From: a bacterium
Lineage (GTDB): Bacteria > Patescibacteriota > Minisyncoccia > Phycocordibacterales > UBA918
Assembly (NCBI GenBank): GCA_002710785.1
Contig: PAMC01000016.1
Coordinates: forward strand, 13,435-77,434
DNA: 64,000 nucleotides
Direction: 5' to 3'
In this document: in pieces, positions 27,907 through 36,607 of the stretch
Layout of the letters: every line of letters starts with the position of its first letter
Numbering within the stretch: the first letter of the stretch is position 1
The notes under the pieces: model-generated
The model's input: only the letters and a program-made list of their open reading frames with translations
Database searches by the model: none
Told to the model about the DNA's origin: nothing
Made by a program: the position numbers and the translations under genes

Positions 27907-29667
27907 TTAGCTAACTATATCATCAACCTCGGAAATTTCCTTGCGGATTGTTTGCTCAGCTGCGTCGATGTGTGCGAGTGTATCATCAACAAGTTGTTGT
28001 TCAGCTTTAGTGAGTTTTTTAGTTTTGCGCGAGCCGCGGAGCGTCTGACTTTCGGCAGTAACTGTCTCTCGCAGGGTAGTAAACTGGCGTTCGAGCACAG
28101 TCAATGCCTCTCCCGTTTCGGCAACCACAACCCGTCTGATTCGGCGGATGCGGGCTCGGCCATAGAGAAGTAGCAAAACGAGGAGAAGTGTCAGTGCCAC
28201 GAGTGGTACGAGAACCGACATGATGCTTACCGCCCACTGACCAAAGGCGATGTAGCCTGGTTGAGCCACTAAGAAGCGTACCGTCTCACTCGTTGCGCTC
28301 TGTGAACCATGCGAATCAATCGCATAGGCGGAGAGTTCGTACACCCCTTCCGACAGACGTCCGTCCGGCACAATTCTGAACGACCCGTCCTCCTCAGCAC
28401 CCAAAACGTACTCGAGCGGCACATCCCCCTGGTCACCGCGACCAACTGGTGCAATCGTCGCGTATACAGTTGCCCCTGGCCGCGTAGAGCCAAAGAATAC
28501 CGGCACGACACTGGCTCCCACCTCTGCGGGATACTCGGTCCAAACCGGAGCAGCAAACGCCTCGATGGTAAAGCTAATAGTGGCAACCCGGCTATTACCT
28601 GCCGCATCGAAAGCTTCAATTACAAAACTCTGCTGTCCAGGTTCAAGCTCAGTCAGGGTGAGTGTGCTGCTGCCGGTTTCGTCAACAAATTCGTACGGTT
28701 CTCCACCGTTGTGCTGGATACGATAACGCGTTACTGGGGAGGTCGCGTCACTACTACTAAAGCGAAGTTCTTGCGTAGGGCTAGAAACATCGTAGGCGTC
28801 GCTACGAGTGATAGAAAACTCGGTTGGCGCCTCAGTATCAACCGCGAGACGGTAGTGCGCCACTCGACCCCACCCTTCAGTGTTGCGGAACTGGAGGTGG
28901 AAGTACTGCACACCCTCATCTAGCTCACTCAGCGTAATCGAGTTAATCGGCGGCTCGTATACTTTCGTTGGGATGGTGCCGCTATTAGTATCGAGTAGCG
29001 TGCGAACTGCCGTCACATCACCCGGAATTGACCACGACAGTTTTGCTTCAGTGGCTTGTGACCATCCATCTGCCTGGTGGGTCTCGCTCGAAATATTTGG
29101 TGTACCAGGAGTATTCGCTGGAGCGATGTACTCAATGGTCTCTGGCTCGGGCTGCACGTCGGCTGCGGCAATGGTGTACGTACCGCCATTAAGACTCTGT
29201 ACTACATTTGTACCCCGTCCATCGGCTGCTAAAACTGACCCGTTGCTGAAGGTAACCCGTGCTGGGCCTGCACCTTTAGAACGCCAGGTAATCGTGAGTA
29301 CCGTACCAGCACTCCCGGTGTAGCCAGCTGGAGAGCCGCCGCCAAAATTAATAGTACCGGCTGCGTTTGAGTACGATGGCTCGACGGCCCACAGTGAGAA
29401 GGTGTTCCCTTTGCTGATGCCGAGCACTGAGAGCTGACTCGGGTTGAAACTAAGTGTAGCTTCGGCGGCGTTAATGGCAGTTCCGCGTGTATTTACGACT
29501 ACCCGCGTCGTAAATGTCTGTCCTGCGGTGTACACACCGGTGCTCGGTGAGAGCGAAAGAGTTGCGGCTGACACGGTAGTAGCGCCGAGTAGGAAGAGAG
29601 CACACGCAAATACAAAGCTCAGTAGGTAGGTATGGGCAGTGGCGCTAGTTCGTATCATTGTCTTCAA
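27907..29667 (-). CDS. Cohesin + Ig-like domains, TM anchor and cytoplasmic coiled-coil tail
   Basis: ATLSLSPSTG, INAAEATLSF, FSLW.VEP, VLAADGRGTNV; A.D.AGN Ig motif; TM then helical tail. Confidence 0.8.
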   Translation of the reverse strand: MKTMIRTSATAHTYLLSFVFACALFLLGATTVSAATLSLSPSTGVYTAGQTFTTRVVVNTRGTAINAAEATLSFNPSQLSVLGISKGNTFSLWAVEPSYSNAAGTINFGGGSPAGYTGSAGTVLTITWRSKGAGPARVTFSNGSVLAADGRGTNVVQSLNGGTYTIAAADVQPEPETIEYIAPANTPGTPNISSETHQADGWSQATEAKLSWSIPGDVTAVRTLLDTNSGTIPTKVYEPPINSITLSELDEGVQYFHLQFRNTEGWGRVAHYRLAVDTEAPTEFSITRSDAYDVSSPTQELRFSSSDATSPVTRYRIQHNGGEPYEFVDETGSSTLTLTELEPGQQSFVIEAFDAAGNSRVATISFTIEAFAAPVWTEYPAEVGASVVPVFFGSTRPGATVYATIAPVGRGDQGDVPLEYVLGAEEDGSFRIVPDGRLSEGVYELSAYAIDSHGSQSATSETVRFLVAQPGYIAFGQWAVSIMSVLVPLVALTLLLVLLLLYGRARIRRIRRVVVAETGEALTVLERQFTTLRETVTAESQTLRGSRKTKKLTKAEQQLVDDTLAHIDAAEQTIRKEISEVDDIVS

Positions 29668-30781
29668 TTACGTTACCGTCTTCATCAACTTCGACCTCCA
29701 CCCACTCTTCGACATACTCATACTCGTCTTCTTCGGCAGCGGCGGAGGCTTTGGCCGCCTTACGTTCGCGACGACGTGCGAGCAGATTCGGCACCAGTTT
29801 GTGACCAACCAGAGCGCCGAGTAGCACCAAGAGCAACGCGCCGACGCCAATAATGATGTACTCAAGCAGTGTCGTCATAGAAATGCCGCGGAGTGGCTCT
29901 TCTGGTACCAGCGTGGCAATGTACTCGTTACCTGCCTTATCTACGGCTTTTACACGAATTGTGCTGTTGAGTGACTGATCAGACAGTACGTACGGGCTAC
30001 GAACGCGTTTCCACGGCGCGTCAACTGCACCCCACTCGAAGAGGCCAGCTTCTTCAAACGGCTCTTCAATAACTTCGTAGTAAGCTATGCCGGTTTGTTT
30101 GTCGGTAGTGTTAAAGATGATGTAGTACTTGTTGTCAAACACTTTGGTGTCGCGCTGTAGGGTAATACTAAACTCTTCTGGGATACGAGTATCGCCCTGC
30201 ACGAGCTCTACCCAATCGTTGCGCACCACTTGACCTGGCCGGTCACCAACCACAAGTGTTGCTGTGTTCGTAATGAGATCCGCTAAGCTACCTCGTCCGT
30301 CATTGAGGTACACTGTTGTTTGATCAGAAAAACGAATCGTACTGGTTGGACTCTGATCGCCGAATCCAACCCGGAGACCGGGTACTTGGAACACAATCTT
30401 GAGCACCTCATTGGTAAGGCGTGGATCTCCCTCAATGCGGCCGCAGTATCCGTTGGGGATACCGCCGGCAAAGGTAATGCGGTTGTTCTCGCGATCTATG
30501 GTGGGCTCTTCTACCCACAGCGGCAAAATTGACTGGCCACGGCTAATGTCAACCGGTTGCACATTTGGGTCGTACTCGATGACCGCGTCAACGACGTTAA
30601 TACACTCCCCGGGTGAAGGATTAACCCGTACCGCCATCACAATGGTGTCGCCCGGGTTAATCGTGCCTGTATTTGGATCTAAGTAGAGAACTGCAGCTGC
30701 AGCGGTCCCTGGCAACACCAACTGACTAGAGAGACCGAGTGTCCCCACCACCATAAAGAGCTGCCGCATAAAATGCATCAT
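29645..30781 (-). CDS. Cohesin + Ig-like domain membrane protein with acidic tail
   Basis: LYLDP..G, INVVDA.I.Y, S...LWVEEP, FAGGIPNGY.G, LNDG.G, VKAVDKAGN, TM, EEDEYEYVEEW tail. Confidence 0.8.
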   Translation of the reverse strand: MMHFMRQLFMVVGTLGLSSQLVLPGTAAAAVLYLDPNTGTINPGDTIVMAVRVNPSPGECINVVDAVIEYDPNVQPVDISRGQSILPLWVEEPTIDRENNRITFAGGIPNGYCGRIEGDPRLTNEVLKIVFQVPGLRVGFGDQSPTSTIRFSDQTTVYLNDGRGSLADLITNTATLVVGDRPGQVVRNDWVELVQGDTRIPEEFSITLQRDTKVFDNKYYIIFNTTDKQTGIAYYEVIEEPFEEAGLFEWGAVDAPWKRVRSPYVLSDQSLNSTIRVKAVDKAGNEYIATLVPEEPLRGISMTTLLEYIIIGVGALLLVLLGALVGHKLVPNLLARRRERKAAKASAAAEEDEYEYVEEWVEVEVDEDGNVIEDNDTN

Positions 30782-30831
30782 GGTTAAAGTATACCGCGCG
30801 GCTTTTTTACTCTTAGCTGTCTCGTGTGCAC

Positions 30832-30878
30832 AACAAAACTAGAAAACACCGTCTCGTGGTGGGAGATGGGTGTTTTCT
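30832..30878 (-). terminator. Intrinsic terminator of the 381-aa gene
   Basis: AGAAAACACC...GGTGTTTTCT stem with inner TCTC/GAGA, then AGTTTTGTT. Confidence 0.75.
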
Positions 30879-30896
30879 GGCTACTCAATAGCCTGA

Positions 30897-32042
30897 TCAG
30901 AATATTGGTGTGGCAACGTAGCGCAGTGTGGTTGAGTAGGCATCTGAGGCTTCTTGCAAAGCCGAGATTTCTACTCGGTACCCCACCCGCGTGGTACCCT
31001 CACCGGTTCCTGTCCCATCAGTAGGACCGGTATGACTCATCACTACAACAGGTGTAGTGCTCGCCGCTACCCACGAGTTGCTCGTAAACTCTGCGCTGCG
31101 TGTTGTTGTCGCATCATCAGAGGTTAGACCCCAGTGCCCAAAGGTGGTTGGATCACCTGGTTGCGCCGCTGGAGAGAACCAACTTGTAGGTGTGGTGGTG
31201 TAATCACCATCGCGGAACGAGTCAATGATAGCGCCGCCTGAAGACATAAATTCTCCATCTTGCGCCACGGTGACTACGTACCCTTGCGATGCGTTAGTAA
31301 CCACCCGCAATTCTTGAGCCGTCGTGCTCGCGACCCCTTGCGTCAGATTTCCGAACGCAAGCGTAGTTGGAGTCGACGAACCGGTGGTGGTGACACCGTT
31401 AACAGTCTGACCGCCGCCCACCGCGAGTACCTGAAAGGTAAACGTGGTGTCGACAGTCGCCGTTACGGTAACCGTGTCAATAATGACAACCTCGGTCTCA
31501 CCAGTATCAGTTTGTGTTCCCGCAATGCCAATCTCGTAGCTACCCGTTACGCTCGGGTTCACGAGCTGATTGGAGCCAGACCCGCCAAAGCTGGCATGGT
31601 CGCCAATCTCAATTGTGGTTGAACCGTTAGCTGCGATTGAAGCGCCGTCGCCAGGACAAAACTCAATCGTCAGTACTGCTCCACTAAAGCTGATACCGAT
31701 TTCATCAGAGCCGACGGTGCAGTCTGTGGAAACTGACAAGTCAGTCGCGCCATCCTGCACGTCGATGTCTGTAGCAGCGATACTAGACGTACCGGTGAAC
31801 GGACCATCCGAGAAATCGATGGTGATAGTTTCACCATTGCTGATACCCGTAGGGGTCGTAAAGACAATGGTGTGGTTCGAGGCAGAACCAGGGCTCGAAT
31901 CGCTCAACGTGTCAGACACGTTGGCAATACTTGCAGCGCTTACCAGCCAGCTGGAGTGAAAGTTGGTGCTCCAAAATAGGAGCCCGACACTCACAAACGC
32001 TGCAACAGCTTTGAGTAGCCGGAATGATTTCATTCCAGACAT
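30897..32042 (-). CDS. 381-aa secreted two-domain protein, candidate major fibre subunit
   Basis: Signal peptide, beta-rich domains, no TM anchor, C-terminus YSTTLRYVATPIF homologous to the 2053-aa protein. Confidence 0.8.
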   Translation of the reverse strand: MSGMKSFRLLKAVAAFVSVGLLFWSTNFHSSWLVSAASIANVSDTLSDSSPGSASNHTIVFTTPTGISNGETITIDFSDGPFTGTSSIAATDIDVQDGATDLSVSTDCTVGSDEIGISFSGAVLTIEFCPGDGASIAANGSTTIEIGDHASFGGSGSNQLVNPSVTGSYEIGIAGTQTDTGETEVVIIDTVTVTATVDTTFTFQVLAVGGGQTVNGVTTTGSSTPTTLAFGNLTQGVASTTAQELRVVTNASQGYVVTVAQDGEFMSSGGAIIDSFRDGDYTTTPTSWFSPAAQPGDPTTFGHWGLTSDDATTTRSAEFTSNSWVAASTTPVVVMSHTGPTDGTGTGEGTTRVGYRVEISALQEASDAYSTTLRYVATPIF

Positions 32043-32210
32043 ACTCTACGTTGTTAAGCTGCAGCACCCATCACGAGGATAGCTGAGTCGACTCCAGACT
32101 CCACACCGAAGTCGCACTCACGATGCTGTAGCGTACAAATCGTCTCACCGGGCTGTACGGTGATTGGGCAAGCCCAAAAGACGAGCCGTGCTCGTCTCTA
32201 CGTTTTGTAC
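32043..32210 (-). ncRNA. Structured 5' leader RNA (two multibranch domains)
   Basis: GTACAAA/TTTGTAC closing stem enclosing three hairpins, then a second junction closed by CAGCATC/GGTGCTG; begins 6 nt after TATACT. Confidence 0.7.
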
Positions 32211-32216
32211 TCTTAA

Positions 32217-32222
32217 AGTATA
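32217..32222 (-). promoter_or_regulatory. -10 box of the 381-aa gene
   Basis: TATACT, same hexamer as at other gene starts in the window. Confidence 0.65.
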
Positions 32223-32296
32223 CTCCGCGCCAACGGACACTTGTTCGCGGCTATACACATATAGCTGCACAGTTTACCTATCCTACTCAGTCCAGT

Positions 32297-32539
32297 GGAA
32301 AATAAATGAGTAAATGAACGAAGCGATTATTACGAATTTACTTCCGAAGTTTGTCTTAGTCTAGACAAAAATCCTGGAAGGCCAGTATCGATACTCGCAG
32401 TCTGTGAGTAAAACGGGTGATCAGCAATCTACTGCGCTGAATAGCTTAGCAACAACGCAGTAGAATCGCCCTAGATCAGGAGCGATTCACTCGCGAAAAT
32501 TCGCAACAGTCGGCTTCGCCTTGTTTGCTCATTTTTACC
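32297..32539. mobile_element. MITE-like / structured non-coding element, 243 bp
   Basis: Imperfect terminal inverted repeats (GG...CC ends, ~40 bp pairing), flanked by direct repeat CAGTCCAGT (32288-32296, 32540-32548), no long internal ORF. Confidence 0.55.
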
Positions 32540-33668
32540 CAGTCCAGTTAAACAGCAAAATCGAAAAGTCCTCAATACCAACGTTGCCGTTACCATTTAT
32601 GTCAGCTGGAGGGTCAGAGTCGCCTCCGGTAGTCTGCCACCAAAAAATCATGATCGAGAAGTCAATTAAGTTTACAAAACCGTCACGGTTAAGGTCGGTT
32701 GGTGTGGTAGCGCGGCCATCAACGCCTACAAATAAGGTGAGGCTGCTACTAAAGCTACTCTCAGTCACGAGGACTCCGCTACCTTGGATAAAGCGAGTGC
32801 GAAGTAAATACTCAGCGGGCGCGAGGCCGGCAGTATTAAATTGGTACTCCCAGACTCCATTTGCGCCTGATGTTACCTCGGCTATCTGCTCGTCGTCCTG
32901 ATAAATCTGTACCGTCTTATCTGGTGCAGTTTGACCACGTAATAGAATGACATCTCCAGGATCAATCGTAACGTCATCAGCAGAAATGGTTGGTGGTAGT
33001 AGCACACCTCGGACAGTTGTGACCGCACCCTGCGTCACATCAAAGGTTGAATTGTACGTAATCGAACGTGTACCAAAGGTGTCTTCAGACCACAAGCCGA
33101 GCGAAGCGGTACCTGGCTCAGCGTCGACTGCAAACTCAAATTCGCCGTCACTATCAGCCCGAATAGTCCCAACCTGCTCGGCATCCAGTAGCACCTGAAC
33201 TGTCTCATTGGGGTACGCGATGCCTTCAACACGCACAAGCGTATCGCCAAGCTCTTCATCACTACCGCCAGAATTTCCACTTCCGCCACCTGAGCTGCCG
33301 CCGCCGCCAAAACCAGCTGGTTCTACCTGGCAGTCTGCCGAACAAAAGTCATCATCGGTATTGTTGCCGTCGTCACATTCTTCGTCAAACAAGGTCTGTA
33401 AAATGCCGTCCCCGCAGTACGGACCAAACTGACAGTCAACGTCACACTGACGACCAGCAATGGTGGTGCTATACGCACCTGTCTCACCGGGCACGTCACA
33501 CGCCTCGTTAAAATTTACGAGCGCGTCGCCGCAAATACTAATACCCACAGTAGTAGTCGCAACCGTTGTGGTGAGCGTTGAAGTGGGTGTCGTAGTAGCA
33601 AACCCCACATACGGCAGCAAGAGTAAAAGGCTGAGAACACCAGCTCTTAGACGCGATAGCATGCACAT
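32535..33668 (-). CDS. Secreted protein: Cys-rich (DUF4215/myxobacterial-type) repeats, Ig-like domains, C-terminal dockerin
   Basis: CGD....E.CD.G repeats, Gly linker, DLNRDGFVNLIDFS and DINGNGNVGIEDFS. Confidence 0.85.
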   Translation of the reverse strand: MCMLSRLRAGVLSLLLLLPYVGFATTTPTSTLTTTVATTTVGISICGDALVNFNEACDVPGETGAYSTTIAGRQCDVDCQFGPYCGDGILQTLFDEECDDGNNTDDDFCSADCQVEPAGFGGGGSSGGGSGNSGGSDEELGDTLVRVEGIAYPNETVQVLLDAEQVGTIRADSDGEFEFAVDAEPGTASLGLWSEDTFGTRSITYNSTFDVTQGAVTTVRGVLLPPTISADDVTIDPGDVILLRGQTAPDKTVQIYQDDEQIAEVTSGANGVWEYQFNTAGLAPAEYLLRTRFIQGSGVLVTESSFSSSLTLFVGVDGRATTPTDLNRDGFVNLIDFSIMIFWWQTTGGDSDPPADINGNGNVGIEDFSILLFNWTG

Positions 33669-33682
33669 ACCTCTTTGCAGTA

Positions 33683-34606
33683 CTAGCTACGGCGACGATA
33701 CACCAGTAGACCGATAATGATTAAGACGGTGAGAATCGGCAAAATAATTGAGACCTTGTGCGGCAGTGACAAGCCAGCAAAACCATACCCGGCCGTCTGC
33801 AACGTGCCGTACGGCAGGATATTTAGCGTCAGCTCACCCTCCTGTTTAATGTCATCTTGATTATAAATGGAGTACCGTGCCAGGTACGAACCAGCTGGCA
33901 AGCGCGTTGGTATCTCGGCCACCACGTCTTCAGTTGCAAATGGCTGCACTCTGACAATTCGGTTGCGGTGGTGAGTCTCCTCCAGAAGCGTCTGTCCGGT
34001 TGAATCGTAGATCTTGAAAACCACATCGCTCGGCGCTACGTCAACGTTGCCGGTATTCTCGATACGCATGCCAAAGTTAATCTTAGCTGGGAAGTAGAGC
34101 CAGCCAACTTTGTGTCCCTCGTTAAAGTCGGGCAATTCGATCTTGCGTACACGAAAATCAAATATCTCTCTATCAATGATCGTTAGGTCGATGTCGACTT
34201 GTGCACCTAAAGAAATGTTAACGGCGCCAGCAGTTTCAGAGCCCGGTGGTGGTGCAGTCTTAATGCGGATCTTGCCAGAGTAACGTCGGAATTCTGCGTC
34301 GTCAGGGACCGTCACCCGAACGGTCACCGGCACTTTTTTGGCGCCAACTGGCATAGCAATGAGATCACCCTCGAGCACCTCTACCCAGTCAGCAATCGTG
34401 GGGGCATCAACCGTGATGCGGGCGTTGAGTGGGGTTGATGGGTCGCTGCGGACCATGAGAATCTGCTGTTCGTATACTGAGTTACGCGTCAAGCTCGTAT
34501 TACGCACGTACGGTGGTGTAATACCAAAACCAGCGTAGGAAAGATTGACCCCCACCACGTAGGCAATAAAGAACACCGAGAAAAATACGTAGAGCTTCTT
34601 TATCAT
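33683..34606 (-). CDS. DUF916/WxLIP-like Ig-fold membrane protein (paralogue 3; start MIKKL at 34606)
   Basis: Signal peptide, GITPP, IADWV, V.V.VP.DA....Y.G.I, IENTGNV, L..GSY.A, C-terminal TM + RRRS. Confidence 0.7.
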   Translation of the reverse strand: MIKKLYVFFSVFFIAYVVGVNLSYAGFGITPPYVRNTSLTRNSVYEQQILMVRSDPSTPLNARITVDAPTIADWVEVLEGDLIAMPVGAKKVPVTVRVTVPDDAEFRRYSGKIRIKTAPPPGSETAGAVNISLGAQVDIDLTIIDREIFDFRVRKIELPDFNEGHKVGWLYFPAKINFGMRIENTGNVDVAPSDVVFKIYDSTGQTLLEETHHRNRIVRVQPFATEDVVAEIPTRLPAGSYLARYSIYNQDDIKQEGELTLNILPYGTLQTAGYGFAGLSLPHKVSIILPILTVLIIIGLLVYRRRS

Positions 34607-34646
34607 GTCACAATCACTTCTTCCCATTATCACCTCAACTGGGCGA

Positions 34647-34680
34647 TAAAACAACAGCCACCGTCTGGATAACGGTGGCT
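34647..34680 (-). terminator. Intrinsic terminator of the 631-aa gene
   Basis: AGCCACCGT-N7-ACGGTGGCT then GTTGTTTT on - strand. Confidence 0.7.
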
Positions 34681-34711
34681 ATCTGGTTAGCTATTTCAGC
34701 AAGTTTTAGGC

Positions 34712-36607
34712 CTACGGACCCCAGCGGGTTGAACTACTTGTTTGTGCAACAAACTCGTTTCGTCCCGTGTAGAGACCAGCTAGAGTAATAGTGCCTGGCA
34801 CCTCAATACCCCAGTAGGTGGTGCCTGACGGCTGAGTTGACGTTGCGGTAGGCTTTAATACACCGAGACGCAAACGTTGTGCGGAGGTGGTCGCCGGCAA
34901 ATCCTGGCCTGAGCCGTACGGCAAGCTTGAGGTAGCGTATTCCTGTTGGTACTCAGCAATAGATGAAGTCGCTGTAGTTGAGGCGACGTTTGGACACCCG
35001 CCAACAGTAAATGTGTCGGGACACATATGCACACCACCGAGCTCTTGGTCGACACCTACGTTACCGGTTGCGCGCGTAGTTGTAGTGGCGTTTAGGTTGC
35101 CGGTATTATCGCCTGGTGCTAAGTCACCGTACGGAATTGCGTTGGTGTCGAGTGCAAATGAGAGGAATGATACCACTTCAATGTTCGCTGTTGTGCTTTG
35201 TACAAACGAGCTGGTTGCGCTGTCGTCATCTACAGCACTGATTCCGGCACGCCAGTCCTCAGTTTCATAAACTGGTGTTTCGGCAGCAGGATCGGTTGGG
35301 TCAGCAACGTACCAAAGCGGGAAGGTACACTCCCAAAGCTCAGTAGCGTCTGTTGGTCCACCACACGCGCCAGCACCAGTGGTCGTTGCGGTACAGCTAA
35401 CGTTCCAGTCAGCGCCAGCACCACTTTCGTAACAGTTGTTAGGGTTGTAGTTACTGCCAGCTCCGTCACACGTTGTCGAGCCAACGCCTGAACGGTACAC
35501 CGAGGCGATGTAATTCGTAATTTCCGAACCAGCCACGCTGTTCTCACAACTGTTAGCGTCGTTAGCAACAAAGGTCAGCGTGAAGCCAGTCGTCTCGCCA
35601 GCTGCTGTATCGAGAGTCATGTCAAGGCCACCGTTAAGTGAGATCAGTGCGCCATCGATGGTCGGGGCTACGTTTGCTACAACGTACTGGTTATTAGCTC
35701 CTTGCTGGCCACCACTGGCTTCGTGACCATGGTTGTCTACGACGTAGACGTAGGCATCGTACGTGTCGTCTTGTAGTGGTGTCGCAGTAGTTGTGGCCGC
35801 GGAAAGCACTACCGGTGTACCAGAGGTGAAAGTAGATGTGGCAATGGTACCAGCTGGACCACACGCGTTAGTGGTTGGATTGTAGTCGTTAGAGACACAC
35901 ACCAAGAGCTGCATGGTGTCGACGCCGCCAAGAGAGTCGGTATCAGATGATGTTGCACTGAAGGTGAGCGTGCCAGCTGGGTCGACTGGTCCGTCGTTCA
36001 CGATTCCAGTAAAGGTTGGCCGGTGGTTTACTACAAACGGAGACGCCGTGGTAGTCGTGCCTTGGTAGCCAGGACTACACTCAGGGTTTACCGCGTCATC
36101 GTCACATGCGAACGCCCACCAGGTATTACTCTCAGGCATTGCCTCAGTGGTTGTCGTCGCTGCACGCGCCTCGGTGCCACTGATTGTACTGGTTGAGATA
36201 GCAATTTGGTCATTGTTATCACAGGTAGGTGGCGCACTACCATCACCCGCTCCTGACTGGGCAGTAGCGGCATTGGTGGCACACACAATGAGGAAGTACG
36301 GGGCCCCGTTCTGGTCAGTCGCGGTACCAACGATAGCCAGCTCATCACCTGAGTTGGTTGGGTTAGTAGCTGACGATTCAGTTTCTTCGTTTGGTTCATC
36401 CGCCTCCAGTAAGAACTGTGGTGGGGTGTTTAGAACATTAACCGAAGTGGTCGCAAGCTGCTGCGCAGATACGTTGTTAATTTCAGCCTGGCCGAGATTA
36501 AGTAAAAATACGAGTAAAAATATACCTAAAGCACCGACTGTGGTGAGTACGGTGATCTTGCCGGCGGTAGTGAGTGGCTGGCGATTTGCTCTAACTTTGT
36601 ACGACAT
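34712..36607 (-). CDS. 631-aa secreted Cys-containing protein, candidate fibre subunit
   Basis: Signal/TM, two Ig-like repeats, last two domains homologous to the C-terminus of the giant protein; TACAAT at 36633-36638. Confidence 0.8.
   Translation of the reverse strand: MSYKVRANRQPLTTAGKITVLTTVGALGIFLLVFLLNLGQAEINNVSAQQLATTSVNVLNTPPQFLLEADEPNEETESSATNPTNSGDELAIVGTATDQNGAPYFLIVCATNAATAQSGAGDGSAPPTCDNNDQIAISTSTISGTEARAATTTTEAMPESNTWWAFACDDDAVNPECSPGYQGTTTTASPFVVNHRPTFTGIVNDGPVDPAGTLTFSATSSDTDSLGGVDTMQLLVCVSNDYNPTTNACGPAGTIATSTFTSGTPVVLSAATTTATPLQDDTYDAYVYVVDNHGHEASGGQQGANNQYVVANVAPTIDGALISLNGGLDMTLDTAAGETTGFTLTFVANDANSCENSVAGSEITNYIASVYRSGVGSTTCDGAGSNYNPNNCYESGAGADWNVSCTATTTGAGACGGPTDATELWECTFPLWYVADPTDPAAETPVYETEDWRAGISAVDDDSATSSFVQSTTANIEVVSFLSFALDTNAIPYGDLAPGDNTGNLNATTTTRATGNVGVDQELGGVHMCPDTFTVGGCPNVASTTATSSIAEYQQEYATSSLPYGSGQDLPATTSAQRLRLGVLKPTATSTQPSGTTYWGIEVPGTITLAGLYTGRNEFVAQTSSSTRWGP

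Noticed and set aside
32062-32210. tRNA genes in the cloverleaf-like leader
   Set aside because: No T-loop GTTC, no D-loop GG spacing, no CCA; arm lengths do not fit
32297-32539. Retron msr-msd, 6S RNA, tmRNA, SRP or RNase P RNA
   Set aside because: No adjacent RT, multibranched rather than rod-like, and no diagnostic conserved motifs seen; an Rfam scan is still needed
26522-33668. Cellulosome
   Set aside because: No glycoside hydrolase or multi-cohesin scaffoldin; dockerin partners are non-enzymatic
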